The notes: generated by a model not told the origin, from the sequence alone. Shown: positions 9,811 to 19,782, counted from the stretch's first letter. The stretch: 64,000 nt of DNA from Gemmatimonadota bacterium (GCA_009692185.1 SHZT01000002.1:33455-97454); one strand, 5' to 3'. Translations and numbers: made by a program.

Positions 9811-11174
9811 TATCCCCGCTGCAGGCCGTAGCGCTCGATCTTCTTGTACAAGTTGGACCTCGGCATGTCGAGCTTCCGCGCCGTTTCGCTCACGTTCCAG
9901 TCGTTCTCCTCGAGCTTCGCGGCCAGGAACGACCGTTCCGCGTCCTGCTTGAACCGCTCGAACGTTGGGGAATGCGCGAGGTCGCCCACCGCGACACCGC
10001 CCGCCGCCCCGCCCGCCACGGCCGTCCCGCCCAGGCGCTCGACATCGGCCGCCGACACGGTATCGCCACTCGCCAGGATCAGCAGGCGCTCGACCGTGTT
10101 CCGGAGCTCCCGCACGTTCCCGGGCCAGTCGCGGGCCGCGAGCGCAGCCACCGCCTCCGGCGACATGCGCCGGCTGGCCGGGCCCGCCAGCTCGGCGACG
10201 AAGCGCTCCACCAGGAGCGGAATGTCTTCGCGGCGGGCGCGGAGCGGCGGCACGGCGATCGGCACGACGTTCAGGCGGTAGAAAAGGTCCTCCCGGAACC
10301 GCGACTCCCCGATTTCGTCTTCCAGCAACTTGTTCGTGGCCGCGATCACGCGGACGTCCACCTTGATCGACCTGGACCCGCCCACGCGCGTGACGACGCC
10401 CTCCTGGAGCGCACGCAGGATCTTGGCCTGCGCCTGGAGGCTCAGGTCGCCGATTTCGTCGAGGAACAGCGTCCCGCCATCCGCCTGCTCGAACCTGCCC
10501 GCCCGGTCGGCGAACGCACCGGTGAACGACCCCTTCATGTGGCCGAACAGCTCGCTCTCGATGAGTTCGCCGGGAATGGCCGCACAGTTCACCTCGACGA
10601 ACGGCTGGCTGCTTCTCGGGGAGCGCCCGTGAATGGCCCGGGCCACCAGCTCTTTCCCCGTCCCGTTTTCGCCGGTCACCAGCACCCTGGCGGTGGTCGG
10701 CGCCACCTGGTCGATGAGCTTGAGCACACCGCGGATCCCGGCGCTCTTCCCGACAATCTCGTACCGATCCACCACGCTGGCACGCAGCCGCTCATTTTCG
10801 GCAGACAGCTGGACCCGCTCGAAGGCGTGCTTCACGGTCAGGAGGATACGGTCGGTGTCGAGAGGCTTTTCCAGGAAATCGTAGGCGCCGTGCTGGGTCG
10901 CCTCGACGGCGGTCTGGATGGAGCCGTGGCCCGAAATCATGACGATGTGCGCCGCGGGGTCGGACTCCTTGAGTTTCCGCAGGGTCTCCAGCCCGTCCAT
11001 GCCCGCCATTTTCACGTCGAGCAGCACCAGGTGCGGGTGAACTTCGGCGTAGGCGTCCAATGCGTCCTGGCCCGAGGTCGCCAGGCGCACTTCGATGCCC
11101 TCGTACTCGAGGAGCTGGCGGAGCGCTTCCCGTACGCCCTTTTCATCATCGACCACCAGCACGCGACGGGCCAT
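9810..11174 (-). CDS. sigma-54-dependent response regulator (NtrC family)
   Basis: REC domain (RVLVVDDEKGVREAL ... LLDVKMAGMDG). AAA+ sigma-54 interaction domain (VLVTGENGTGKELVARAIH, GSFTGAFADRAGRFEQADGGTLFLDEI). C-terminal Fis-type HTH (NVSETARKLDMPRSNLYKKIERYGL). No adjacent histidine kinase. Confidence 0.9.
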   Translation of the reverse strand: MARRVLVVDDEKGVREALRQLLEYEGIEVRLATSGQDALDAYAEVHPHLVLLDVKMAGMDGLETLRKLKESDPAAHIVMISGHGSIQTAVEATQHGAYDFLEKPLDTDRILLTVKHAFERVQLSAENERLRASVVDRYEIVGKSAGIRGVLKLIDQVAPTTARVLVTGENGTGKELVARAIHGRSPRSSQPFVEVNCAAIPGELIESELFGHMKGSFTGAFADRAGRFEQADGGTLFLDEIGDLSLQAQAKILRALQEGVVTRVGGSRSIKVDVRVIAATNKLLEDEIGESRFREDLFYRLNVVPIAVPPLRARREDIPLLVERFVAELAGPASRRMSPEAVAALAARDWPGNVRELRNTVERLLILASGDTVSAADVERLGGTAVAGGAAGGVAVGDLAHSPTFERFKQDAERSFLAAKLEENDWNVSETARKLDMPRSNLYKKIERYGLQRG

Positions 11175-11178
11175 GGGG

Positions 11179-11751
11179 CTAGCGGCGGGAGAAGGTCACG
11201 GTGCCGGCGTCGATCGTGATACGGGAAACCGTGGGCGGCACGGCGATGGGAATGGCGCCATTCAGCGCACCAGTCAGCCGTTTCACCAGCATGGGTATGG
11301 CGCTCTGGGGAAGCGACATGTTCCGGACCATGAACGTGTCGGGCTCCCACGCAACAACTCCGGGCGACGTCGCATGGGCGGGACCCGAGACCCACAGCGG
11401 CTCCAGGGGGTTGAACATGGCCGCGAGGGGGCCGAACACATCCGTCCCCAACGCCGAGGTCACCAGGAAGCCCTGGAGGCTGAGCCGGCCCGGATCGAGG
11501 CGGATGCTGACTGAGTCAATGGCCCGGCGGGCGTCGGGCTCGAGCCCGGCCTCGACCAGCGAAGCCATCTCGTTCGCCGACAGGGTTACCGAGGGGGGAC
11601 CGTTCGGACGCCGCATCGCGTCTTCCTTGTCGCGCGCGGACGTCAGCGCCGAGGCCGACGGCTTTCCAATGCGGCTCGCCGCCGGACGGGTCTGTCCTCC
11701 GGCGGTCATGGCGAACAGGCTCGCGGCCACCGTGATACACAACCCACGCAT
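11179..11751 (-). CDS. hypothetical secreted protein
   Basis: ORF 11179..11862 trimmed to MRGLCITVAASLFAMTAGGQ (signal-peptide-like, ATG 11751), because the longer start would overlap thpR. Good G/C third-position bias; no family recognised. It sits 4 nt upstream of the NtrC-type gene. Confidence 0.6.
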   Translation of the reverse strand: MRGLCITVAASLFAMTAGGQTRPAASRIGKPSASALTSARDKEDAMRRPNGPPSVTLSANEMASLVEAGLEPDARRAIDSVSIRLDPGRLSLQGFLVTSALGTDVFGPLAAMFNPLEPLWVSGPAHATSPGVVAWEPDTFMVRNMSLPQSAIPMLVKRLTGALNGAIPIAVPPTVSRITIDAGTVTFSRR

Positions 11752-11776
11752 GACGATTGAATTCACCACTCGCTCC

Positions 11777-12337
11777 TCAGGTGTCGAAGGCAACTGAATG
11801 CACCGGGCGGTACGCAGAACCGCCGTTGCCGAGGCGGCTTTCCATGAGCTCGATCGACTCAACCAGCGCCTCGCCTTCGAATGAAAGGCCGTCCAGAACC
11901 GCCTCCAGTTCGCGGAAGTGCGACGGGGCGGCGTCTTTCTGCGATCGTCCCAGGGTCAGGTGCGGCCGGAAAGGACGGCCCTCGACCGGAAACCCGCACC
12001 GTTCCATCTCGAGCTCGACATGATGTTGCAACAACTCGAGTGGCGGGACCCCTTCGCACCCTACCCATATCACCCGCGGTCGTTCCACGGAGGGAAACAC
12101 GCCGAAGCCCGTGATCGTCAGGACGAAGGGCTTTGCGCCGGCCGCCCCCCGCCCGACAGCAGCGACGATTTCGTCCCGACGTGACTCAGCCACCTCACCA
12201 AGAAACCGGAGCGTCAGGTGCAGGCCTTGCTCGTCCACCCAGCGGACCGGAAACCCGGCCTCCCGCAGGCGGGCCGTCGCCGTCCGAATCGCGTGACGCA
12301 CGCCGTCCGGGAGATTGATCGCGACGAACAGGCGCAC
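11777..12337 (-). CDS. thpR: RNA 2',3'-cyclic phosphodiesterase (2H phosphoesterase, LigT/ThpR)
   Basis: 186 aa with two HxTx motifs (GLHLTLRFLGEV and RPHLTLGR) at the expected spacing. Confidence 0.85.
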   Translation of the reverse strand: MRLFVAINLPDGVRHAIRTATARLREAGFPVRWVDEQGLHLTLRFLGEVAESRRDEIVAAVGRGAAGAKPFVLTITGFGVFPSVERPRVIWVGCEGVPPLELLQHHVELEMERCGFPVEGRPFRPHLTLGRSQKDAAPSHFRELEAVLDGLSFEGEALVESIELMESRLGNGGSAYRPVHSVAFDT

Positions 12338-12340
12338 GGT

Positions 12341-13165
12341 TCAGTCGCGGGCGGCGAGCAGCTCGACCGCGGCATCGCCCGCCAGCAGGCTGCCCCGCCG
12401 GTATCCCCCGAGGTCGAGGGTCACGCGGGAGAACCCGAGCGCGAGCAGTTCATTCCCGATTTCCACGCCGCGCGCGCGCACGAGGGGAAACTCCCCGGGG
12501 AGGACCTCGATCCGCGCCTCGTCACCACGGTGACGCACTCGCAGGTCTCCGTGAATCCCCGCCGCCCGCAACACCGCTTCCCCGGCCTCGACCTGCCCCA
12601 GCCGTTCCGGGGTCACGGAGAGCCCGTAGAGCACCCGGCTCGAGAGGCACGGGGCGGCCGGCGCATCCCACACGGGAAGCCCGAGGGACCGGGCTTCGCG
12701 CCGAATGTCTTCTTTTGTATACCCCGCTTCCGCCAGTGGAGACCGGATACCCGCTTCAATGCCGGCCGCGCGGCCGGGCCGGTGTTCACCGTGATCGTCC
12801 GCGTGGGTGCCGTCCACCACCACGGCCATTCCCCGCTCCCGCGCCACCTGGCCCAGGGCACGCCAGAGCTCCTGCTTGCAGAAGTAGCACCGGTTTGTGG
12901 GGTTGGCCGCGTAGCGAGGGTCTTCCAGCTCGCCGGTCGTGATCTCGACCAGGTCGAGGTCGAACCGGCGGGCAATGTCGAGCGCCCGGGCGTACTGGTC
13001 GGCGGGATACGACGCGCTGCGGCCGATTGCGGCGATGGTCCTGTCGCGGCCGAGGGCCTGACGCGCGGTGACTGCGAGGAGGGCGGAATCGACGCCGCCG
13101 GAGTACCCGACCAGGACGGACTTGAATGTTGCGACGAGGTCCGCGAGTCGGGACGTGGCGAGCAT
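12341..13165 (-). CDS. larE: PP-loop ATP-utilising enzyme, LarE-like sulfur transferase family (TIGR00268-type)
   Basis: 274 aa with the PP-loop VLVGYSGGVDSALLA and conserved NPTNRCYFCKQELW. No larB/larC nearby, so the LarE role itself is uncertain. Confidence 0.7.
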   Translation of the reverse strand: MLATSRLADLVATFKSVLVGYSGGVDSALLAVTARQALGRDRTIAAIGRSASYPADQYARALDIARRFDLDLVEITTGELEDPRYAANPTNRCYFCKQELWRALGQVARERGMAVVVDGTHADDHGEHRPGRAAGIEAGIRSPLAEAGYTKEDIRREARSLGLPVWDAPAAPCLSSRVLYGLSVTPERLGQVEAGEAVLRAAGIHGDLRVRHRGDEARIEVLPGEFPLVRARGVEIGNELLALGFSRVTLDLGGYRRGSLLAGDAAVELLAARD

Positions 13166-13178
13166 CGGCTCGGACGGT

Positions 13179-13742
13179 CTACTTCGCCCGGTCGAGGTAC
13201 TCGCCGGTCTGCGGGTTCACCCGGACCATTTCGCCCGTCTTGATGAACTCCGGCACGTTCACCGACACCCCATTGTTCAGCTTGGCCGGCTTGGTGGACG
13301 AGGTCTTCGTGGCCGACTTCATCACCGGTGCCGTTTCCACGACTTCGTAGGTGAGCGAATTGGGGAGCTCGATCCCGATGGGCGTCCCCTCGAAGAACTC
13401 CGCGACGATCCGCATGCCCTCGGCCATCCACTTGGCATCGTCACCGAGAGAATCGGCGCTCATGGCGAGCTGCTCGTAGTTCTCGGTGTTCATGAAGTGG
13501 TACATCTGGCCGTCGTTGTAGAGATAGTCCAGCTCGTGGGTCTCGAGGTACGCCTCGTCGATGGTATCGGCCGCGCGGAACCGGTGCTCGAAGGTAGCCC
13601 CGCTCTTCAGCTTCTTGAGCTTCGCCTGCACCATCGCGCGCAAGTTGCCGGGCGTGTGGTGGTGGAACTCTATGATGCGCACGGGTTCACCGTTGAACAT
13701 GATGGCCATCCCGCGCCTGAGATCGGTTGCAGCAATCGACAT
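13179..13742 (-). CDS. efp: elongation factor P
   Basis: The C-terminal 187 aa of ORF 13179..14324 starts MSIAATDLRRGMAIMFNGEPVRIIEFHHHTPGNLRAMVQAKLKKLKSG (ATG 13742), a full-length EF-P. The upstream part of the ORF is non-coding in appearance. Confidence 0.92.
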   Translation of the reverse strand: MSIAATDLRRGMAIMFNGEPVRIIEFHHHTPGNLRAMVQAKLKKLKSGATFEHRFRAADTIDEAYLETHELDYLYNDGQMYHFMNTENYEQLAMSADSLGDDAKWMAEGMRIVAEFFEGTPIGIELPNSLTYEVVETAPVMKSATKTSSTKPAKLNNGVSVNVPEFIKTGEMVRVNPQTGEYLDRAK

Positions 13743-13901
13743 GCAGTTTCGTCCTGTGACGTGAAGGTGCCCTCGGCCCGACTGGCCGATCCGGGAGGAG
13801 AATCTAACCAGCCGGGGGGCCATGCAACCATCTGAACCTTTCCCGCGTCTAATACCGTACAGAAGGGCAGAACGACGGACGCCCGCACAACCGGACACCA
13901 G

Positions 13902-14096
13902 ATGGAGACGACGGTCATGATGCTCGCGAATACGGTACGAAAGGTCCTGCGGCCAGCGCGCCGGGGAGAATCCCAGCGGACACTGCCCCGGATCGTGATC
14001 CAGATGGAGGCATCTCCGAGCGGAAACGCCAAGCTCAAGCCCACGATGTCCATGCCGAACCTGAGCTTCGCCAACACCCGCCTCGTGATTCAATAG
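13902..14096 (+). CDS. hypothetical small protein (64 aa), tentative
   Basis: ATG at 13902. By my count roughly four fifths of third positions are G/C, unlike the neighbouring non-coding DNA. A hairpin plus T-run follows about 30 nt downstream. No clear SD and no family recognised. Confidence 0.35.
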   Translation: METTVMMLANTVRKVLRPARRGESQRTLPRIVIQMEASPSGNAKLKPTMSMPNLSFANTRLVIQ

Positions 14097-14123
14097 ATCA
14101 GACGGCAAGACGGCCGGGAATGC

Positions 14124-14166
14124 AAGAAAGGCGGTCCAGGAATCTCCTGAACCGCCTTCTTTCTTG
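14124..14166. terminator. bidirectional rho-independent terminator between convergent genes
   Basis: AAGGCGGT (14128-14135) pairs with ACCGCCTT (14151-14158), plus an inner 4-bp stem. It is flanked by an A-rich run upstream and CTTTCTT downstream, so each strand reads hairpin plus T-run. It lies between the small ORF (+) and the propeller gene (-). Confidence 0.6.
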
Positions 14167-14197
14167 ACCGTCCTGAGCGTCGTGACCGTCTCGACCG

Positions 14198-15595
14198 TCA
14201 GCTGACCTTCTGCACCTTGGGCGCTCCGTCCGGCCCGTTGTCCCAGTCGATGGCCGTCGAGTTGTTCGGCAACCCCCACTGGTGCCCGTTCCAGCCGTCG
14301 AAGCCTTCCATTTTGAACAGCCACACGCCGGTGGTGAGGTCGCTGATGGCGATCAGGCCGTCAGCGTTCCGGACTTCCACGCCCCAGGCACCGCTGAACA
14401 CGCTCTCGAAATTGGGCTGCTTGGGATCGTACCCGGCACCGCGGCCGTGCGGGCAGTCGCAGGTGTAGTAGTAGCCCACGGTGTAGGGATTCGTCGGGTC
14501 CATCATGTTGAATACCTGGAGCCCGTCCTCGTAGGCCGAGGCGAACACGTAGGGCCAGCGGATCACGTGGTTGTGAGACAAGTCCTGCCAGTCCGCCTGC
14601 CATGCGCCGATCACCCGGATACCGCCCACGCCGCGCCGGCCACCGCCGCCACCCTGCGTCGTGTCGGGCTTGAGGTCCAGGATGCGGAGAGGCGCGTACT
14701 GGTACTCGGCTTCGGCCACACCATAGCGGCCCGTCGGGTCCACGACGAACGTGTGACCACGGCTGACGCCGGAAATGCCTGTCGCCGAACTGACCAGCTT
14801 GGGGTTGGCCAGGTCGCTGATGTCATACACGTGGTACCCGCCGGCGCCCGCGCCGTAGAACATGTCCTTCTTCGTCGTGGCGTCGTACTGGATGTAGAAG
14901 TCGTGGTAGCTCAGCCGGGGCTGGTTCGGCTGCTCCGGCACGGGAACGCGCCCGACCAGCCAGGACGCCTGGCTGCCGCCGGCCGCGATCTTGTCGATGT
15001 CAAACACGTTGGCGAACGCGCCGCTGGACTGGGTGAACAGCAAGGCCTGGCCGTTCGAATGCTTGTAGGCCTGGCTTTCGTGGAACCCGCCGGGGTTCTC
15101 GGGATCGCGGAGCCGGGCGATTTCCTTGACCTTTGACGCATCGGGTAGTCCGGTTACGTCCCACACCAGGGCGCCCAAGTCGTTGTCCGGACCGGCCGCG
15201 CCGAACTGGAACGCGTTGGTCAGGTAGTACCGGCCCTTGCTCTTCAGGTAGATCGGGTTCAGCGAGCCCGCGCCCTTGTGCAGGTCGGGGTTCTCGATGC
15301 GCCAGGACCAGATGATCTGGGGCTTGCTCGGGTCCTTGATGCTGATGGCGTCCACGCCCGACGGGGTCAACCGGTGGGCGGTGTACACGTAGGGCCGCGA
15401 CAGCTCCTGTTCCATGGTGATGTCCGCGGTCTTTTCAACCGAGTCCATGGTCATGTGGGCCAGGAGCTTGATGTTCCGGCTACCACCCACCTTCGTGCCC
15501 GGGATCACGTCACCCTGGGCCCGCGCCAGCCCGGGCACGGCCACCGCAACCGCCGCCCCCATCGCCAGCGCCGTCAATAGCGTCCGACTGTTCAT
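14198..15595 (-). CDS. secreted beta-propeller protein (LVIVD-repeat-like)
   Basis: ORF 14198..15721 trimmed to MNSRTLLTALAMGAAVAVAVPGLARAQG (signal peptide, ATG 15595, GGAGG 8 nt upstream). It has repeated strand motifs such as YHVYDISD, LRILDL, LQVFNM and IAISDL. The family assignment is from memory only. Confidence 0.55.
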   Translation of the reverse strand: MNSRTLLTALAMGAAVAVAVPGLARAQGDVIPGTKVGGSRNIKLLAHMTMDSVEKTADITMEQELSRPYVYTAHRLTPSGVDAISIKDPSKPQIIWSWRIENPDLHKGAGSLNPIYLKSKGRYYLTNAFQFGAAGPDNDLGALVWDVTGLPDASKVKEIARLRDPENPGGFHESQAYKHSNGQALLFTQSSGAFANVFDIDKIAAGGSQASWLVGRVPVPEQPNQPRLSYHDFYIQYDATTKKDMFYGAGAGGYHVYDISDLANPKLVSSATGISGVSRGHTFVVDPTGRYGVAEAEYQYAPLRILDLKPDTTQGGGGGRRGVGGIRVIGAWQADWQDLSHNHVIRWPYVFASAYEDGLQVFNMMDPTNPYTVGYYYTCDCPHGRGAGYDPKQPNFESVFSGAWGVEVRNADGLIAISDLTTGVWLFKMEGFDGWNGHQWGLPNNSTAIDWDNGPDGAPKVQKVS

Positions 15596-15719
15596 CTCTA
15601 CAACCTCCGCGAACTGTTCTTGAGTGAGCATCGCGGGCCGGTCAGCCCGCGCAGAATTCACGCCGAATTTGCAAGATACGACCCGTGACGCCAAGCGGCC
15701 AGCGGGTGTACTGTTGCCC

Positions 15720-17774
15720 ATGCGCCGTTACGCCGCTCTCGCCTTCCTCAGCGCGTTCCTCCTGTTCCTGGTCCAGCCGCTCATCGCCAAGGCCATTCTG
15801 CCGTGGTTTGGCGGGGCGCCGGCCGTCTGGACCACGTCCATGCTCCTCTTCCAGCTCCTCCTGCTCGGCGGGTACGCGTACGCGCACCTGGTGTCACGGC
15901 TGTCCCCGCGGCAGCAGGCGGCTGTCCATATCGTGCTGCTGACGCTCACCCTCCTGGCATTACCGATCATTCCGTCGGCCAGCTGGAAACCGGCCGGAGA
16001 CGAGTCGCCGGTGTGGCGCATTCTTGGCTTGCTGTCCGTGACCGTAGGGGCCCCGTACCTGCTCCTGGCGAGTACCGCCCCATTGGTCCAGGACTGGTTC
16101 CGCCGCGACGAACCCGGCTCGCCCTACCGCCTGTACGCGTGGTCCAACGGGGGGTCGCTCCTTGCCCTGCTCGCCTACCAGACGCTATTCGAGCCCCTTT
16201 TGGCGATCGATGGCCAGGCACGGACCTGGTCCGGTTTGTACGTCGTGTTCGCGCTGTTCTGCGGGTGGATGGGAATCCGTCGCATCAGAACCGCGACCGC
16301 CGGAACGTCAACGCCCGTCGCTGAGCCAGCCGGTCCGGCGACGCCACCGAGTGAGTATGCGCTGTGGTTCGCGTTGTCGGCCTGCGGATCGGGGCTGCTG
16401 CTCGCGATCACCAACCAGATCAGCCTCGACATTGCCGCATTCCCGTTCCTGTGGATCCTGCCGCTGGCACTCTACCTGGTGACGTTCGTCCTGTGTTTCG
16501 GCGGCGCGTACCGGCGGAACGTGTGGCGGATCGCCTTCATCATCGGGTTGGGCGCCATGTCGGTCCTGGCCAAGCTCGCGGCGGGGGCGCCGCTATGGGC
16601 GCAGGTGGGGGGCTCGCTCTTTGCGTTGTTCTCGATCTGCATGGTGTGCCACGGCGAGCTTGCCATGCGAGCGCCGGCCGGGCGCGGGCTCACGGCGTTT
16701 TACCTGACGACCGCCGCCGGAGGCGCCGCGGGCGGGGTGTCCGTCGGGCTCATCGCCCCGCTCCTGTTCAACGAGTTCTTCGAACTGCCGATTTTCCTCA
16801 TCACCCCGTACATCCTGATGCTGGTAACCCTGTACCGGGACCGGGACGGTTCCCAGGCGACGCGGGCCAGCCCGCTCGCCTGGGCCGCACTGGTGGGCGT
16901 ACTATGGCTGGGGATTTCGGCGTTCGTCGTCCCGATGATCTGGCAATCGGGCACGACCATCGCGCGCGCCCGGAATTTCTACGGAGTCCTGCGCGTCTAC
17001 GATGGCCCGCCCTTCCCCGGCGCCAAGCGGACACTCCGCCACGGACGGATCGTCCACGGCACACAGTTCCTGGGAGAGACCCGGAAGGCGGAGCCGACCG
17101 CCTATTACGCCCTGGGGAGCGGCGTGGACGTGGCCATCAAGCAGCACCCGCGCCGGCGGGCGGGACTGCCGATGAACATCGGCGCCATCGGGCTGGGCGC
17201 CGGTACGATCGCCGCGTACGGCGGCGGCGGCGACAGCCTCCGGTTCTACGAGATCAACGCCGACGTCGTCTCGTTCGCGCGCCGGTATTTCACGTTCCTG
17301 TCGGACAGCAAGGCGACGGTGGACGTGGTGCTGGGCGACGGCCGCCTGTCAGTCGAGCGCGAGATGAGCCGCCCGGAGAACCGGCACCGCTACGACGTGC
17401 TCATCGTGGACGCGTTCTCGGGAGACGCGATCCCCATCCACCTGCTCACCACCGAGGCGATGGCCCTCTACTGGGAAGCGCTCAAGCCCGACGGGATCCT
17501 CGCGTTGCACACGAGCAACCGCCACGTGAACCTGGCGCGCGTGGTGACGGGCGCGTCGACGCCCATGAAGAAGGTCGTGGTGCGCGTCCGCCGGGGTGAC
17601 GGCGCCTCCGCCATATCGTCCACGTGGCTGCTGGTATCGAGCAGTCCCGAGTTCCTGCACATGGTCGAGGTGGGCACCGGCGTTACCGGTGACGTGCCAC
17701 AGGAACCGCCGGTCGTCTGGACCGACGCGTTCAGCAACCTGTTGCGGGTGATTACGCTCGAAACGCCCCCCTAG
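15720..17774 (+). CDS. fused polytopic membrane / spermidine-synthase-like protein
   Basis: ORF 15624..17774 with the start set at MRRYAALAFLSAFLLFLVQPLIAKAILPWFGG (ATG 15720). About 12 hydrophobic segments are followed by a C-terminal spermidine-synthase-like fold (YDVLIVDAFSGDAIPIHLLTTEA). Confidence 0.75.
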   Translation: MRRYAALAFLSAFLLFLVQPLIAKAILPWFGGAPAVWTTSMLLFQLLLLGGYAYAHLVSRLSPRQQAAVHIVLLTLTLLALPIIPSASWKPAGDESPVWRILGLLSVTVGAPYLLLASTAPLVQDWFRRDEPGSPYRLYAWSNGGSLLALLAYQTLFEPLLAIDGQARTWSGLYVVFALFCGWMGIRRIRTATAGTSTPVAEPAGPATPPSEYALWFALSACGSGLLLAITNQISLDIAAFPFLWILPLALYLVTFVLCFGGAYRRNVWRIAFIIGLGAMSVLAKLAAGAPLWAQVGGSLFALFSICMVCHGELAMRAPAGRGLTAFYLTTAAGGAAGGVSVGLIAPLLFNEFFELPIFLITPYILMLVTLYRDRDGSQATRASPLAWAALVGVLWLGISAFVVPMIWQSGTTIARARNFYGVLRVYDGPPFPGAKRTLRHGRIVHGTQFLGETRKAEPTAYYALGSGVDVAIKQHPRRRAGLPMNIGAIGLGAGTIAAYGGGGDSLRFYEINADVVSFARRYFTFLSDSKATVDVVLGDGRLSVEREMSRPENRHRYDVLIVDAFSGDAIPIHLLTTEAMALYWEALKPDGILALHTSNRHVNLARVVTGASTPMKKVVVRVRRGDGASAISSTWLLVSSSPEFLHMVEVGTGVTGDVPQEPPVVWTDAFSNLLRVITLETPP

Positions 17775-17782
17775 GATGGGCG

Positions 17783-19507
17783 CTACAGCCCCAGCGGGCG
17801 GAACAGGAAGGAAATCGGGTAGAAACTGAACTGGACGTTCCCCTGCAGGACCGACCGGTTGGGAATACGGTTCCCCAGCGTGACAATCCGCCGCTCGTAG
17901 TCGAGTCGCAGGGCAATGCCCGGCCAAGGCTCGAACCCCATCTGCAGGCCGAGCCCGTGCCAGCGATGCAGGTCTCCCGCGAGAAACACGATCCGCTGGT
18001 TGAGATGCCGGGACGTAATCGACCCACCGACGTCCTGCACGATCAGGCCGCTGGCGTCTTCGACATTGAGGCCGTGGCGCACGAACCGCACCGACCCGCG
18101 CACCCATCCCCGCCACGGCACCCACTGCTTGAGCCCAAGCCACCACTCATCCGCGTTGGGGCCCAGGTCGTTTGCCAGGGGAAACCCGCGTTCCTCGAAC
18201 GTGTTGAGCGGATATTTGTGGGTGTAAAAGAACGGGTCCACTCGCTCGTACTCGGCCTGTACTTCGGTCCCCGTGCGGACCGCCGCGCTCAGGCCGGCCT
18301 GATAGAGCAGCTTGGTCGTGAGATCCGCGTTCGACCGGTTCCCTGTGAGCCGGAAAATGTCGGCCAGGCTGTACATGTCATCGATGCCGAGCGTGGCATA
18401 CAGCTCAATGCCTCGCGCGGGCCGCAGAATGCCGTCCATGAACCAGATCGGATCGTCCTTGTCCCCGGTATCGAATTCGGCAAGCCGGAGCGGGAACACC
18501 GGGTTCAGGTAGGCGAAGTCCACGCCGCGGTTGCTGTACGTCAGCGCCTCAGTAAAGGCGGCCGAGATCCAAGGCCAGGGGCGGAGCTCGAAGCGCCGCA
18601 CGGCGATCCACCGTGCGGGTGACACGCTGCTGAGCCCGCCGGGGATGCCCGGCGCGGGAACCTCGACGGTCGGCGCGTCCAGCGACCCGTGCAGGAATGT
18701 GTAGCGAATGACCTTCGTTTCGAACCGCAGGCGAAGCCAGGTGATGTTCGGGGAATCCTGGCGGAGAATCACGGATTCGCGTGCCCCCAGGCCCATCCGC
18801 ACCGTGCCGGTCCCGATGTCGAAACCGAATGGACGGTGGTTCCACGAGGCGAATCCCTGCGCGAAAATGGTAGACCCAAGACCCGCGATCGCATCCCGTG
18901 TCTTTCCCCACTGAGGGTGGTACCGCAGGGTTTGCGAGCCGAACGGGTTGACCCACTCCAGGTGGAATCCGAGCCGCCGGTCCACGGTGGCATAGGCCCG
19001 GATGGACGACTGCCCGAACGAGTCGTCGATCTTTGCGATGCCGTCGGTGATGGCCGTGTAGCCGGACCCCCAGCGGTGATCCACGATGATGTTGGTCGTC
19101 GCGTCGCCCCAGGCCAGGAAGTGCGGTTCCCGCTGGGAAAACACCAGGAGGATTTTCTGCCGGATAGTCTTGCCGATGGTCGAGTCCCGCCCCTGGACGA
19201 GGGTCACGGGGTGCCGCAGGAACGCGGTGTCGAGGGCGAACTCGGTCGTGTAGCGCACCCGGAGAATGCTGTCGATCGCGCCAAGGCCATGCATGGGCGC
19301 CATGACCTCGGCAATCTGCCCGCGGGTGAGCGGCAGGTTTTCGTAGCTGTATGACGGGGCGTTGCCGAGGACGCGCTGATGGTGGAGCCACTCGTAGACC
19401 GGGTGGTCCACCGGCACGAGCGACGACTGCGCGCCGAGCCCCTGCGGGAGGAGCACGGCGCCGCCGAACAGGAGCCCGCCGGCGAGCCGCCGAAGGCGGA
19501 TACGCAT
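17783..19507 (-). CDS. outer-membrane protein, possibly capsule-assembly Wzi family
   Basis: Trimmed to MRIRLRRLAGGLLFGGAVLLPQGLGAQS (ATG 19507, overlapping the upstream stop as ATGA). The N-terminal motif VDHPVYEWLHHQRVLG...LPLTRGQIAEVM resembles the Wzi helical N-domain. The rest is beta-rich with an aromatic C-terminus. Confidence 0.5.
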   Translation of the reverse strand: MRIRLRRLAGGLLFGGAVLLPQGLGAQSSLVPVDHPVYEWLHHQRVLGNAPSYSYENLPLTRGQIAEVMAPMHGLGAIDSILRVRYTTEFALDTAFLRHPVTLVQGRDSTIGKTIRQKILLVFSQREPHFLAWGDATTNIIVDHRWGSGYTAITDGIAKIDDSFGQSSIRAYATVDRRLGFHLEWVNPFGSQTLRYHPQWGKTRDAIAGLGSTIFAQGFASWNHRPFGFDIGTGTVRMGLGARESVILRQDSPNITWLRLRFETKVIRYTFLHGSLDAPTVEVPAPGIPGGLSSVSPARWIAVRRFELRPWPWISAAFTEALTYSNRGVDFAYLNPVFPLRLAEFDTGDKDDPIWFMDGILRPARGIELYATLGIDDMYSLADIFRLTGNRSNADLTTKLLYQAGLSAAVRTGTEVQAEYERVDPFFYTHKYPLNTFEERGFPLANDLGPNADEWWLGLKQWVPWRGWVRGSVRFVRHGLNVEDASGLIVQDVGGSITSRHLNQRIVFLAGDLHRWHGLGLQMGFEPWPGIALRLDYERRIVTLGNRIPNRSVLQGNVQFSFYPISFLFRPLGL

Positions 19508-19782
19508 CACGCCGCCGATGCCGCCTTGCGACGCGTGAGGACGAGGTTCCGGATGTAGATCAGGAACCCGGTTGATTGGCCGACCATGATGACCGGGTCC
19601 CGCCGCGCGTACGCGTAGACGAACAGCAGGGTCGCCGCCACCAGGCTCAGGTACCAGAACGCGATGGGAATCGTGCTTTCGCCCTTCCGCTCCGACACCA
19701 GCCACTGGATGAAAAACCGGGCCCCGTAGCAGGCCTGCCCGGCAAAACCCACGATCAGCAGCCAATCAAGATCGAGTTTCAC
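19507..19782 (-). CDS. lipid-A-disaccharide synthase N-terminal (LAB_N) domain small membrane protein
   Basis: GTG at 19782 overlaps the upstream stop (GTGA), with GGGAGA 6 nt upstream. The sequence DWLLIVGFAGQACYGARFFIQWLVSERKGESTIPIAFWYLSLVAATLLFVYAYARRDPV matches the LAB_N pattern (QW..SE...S..P..FW). Confidence 0.8.
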   Translation of the reverse strand: MKLDLDWLLIVGFAGQACYGARFFIQWLVSERKGESTIPIAFWYLSLVAATLLFVYAYARRDPVIMVGQSTGFLIYIRNLVLTRRKAASAA

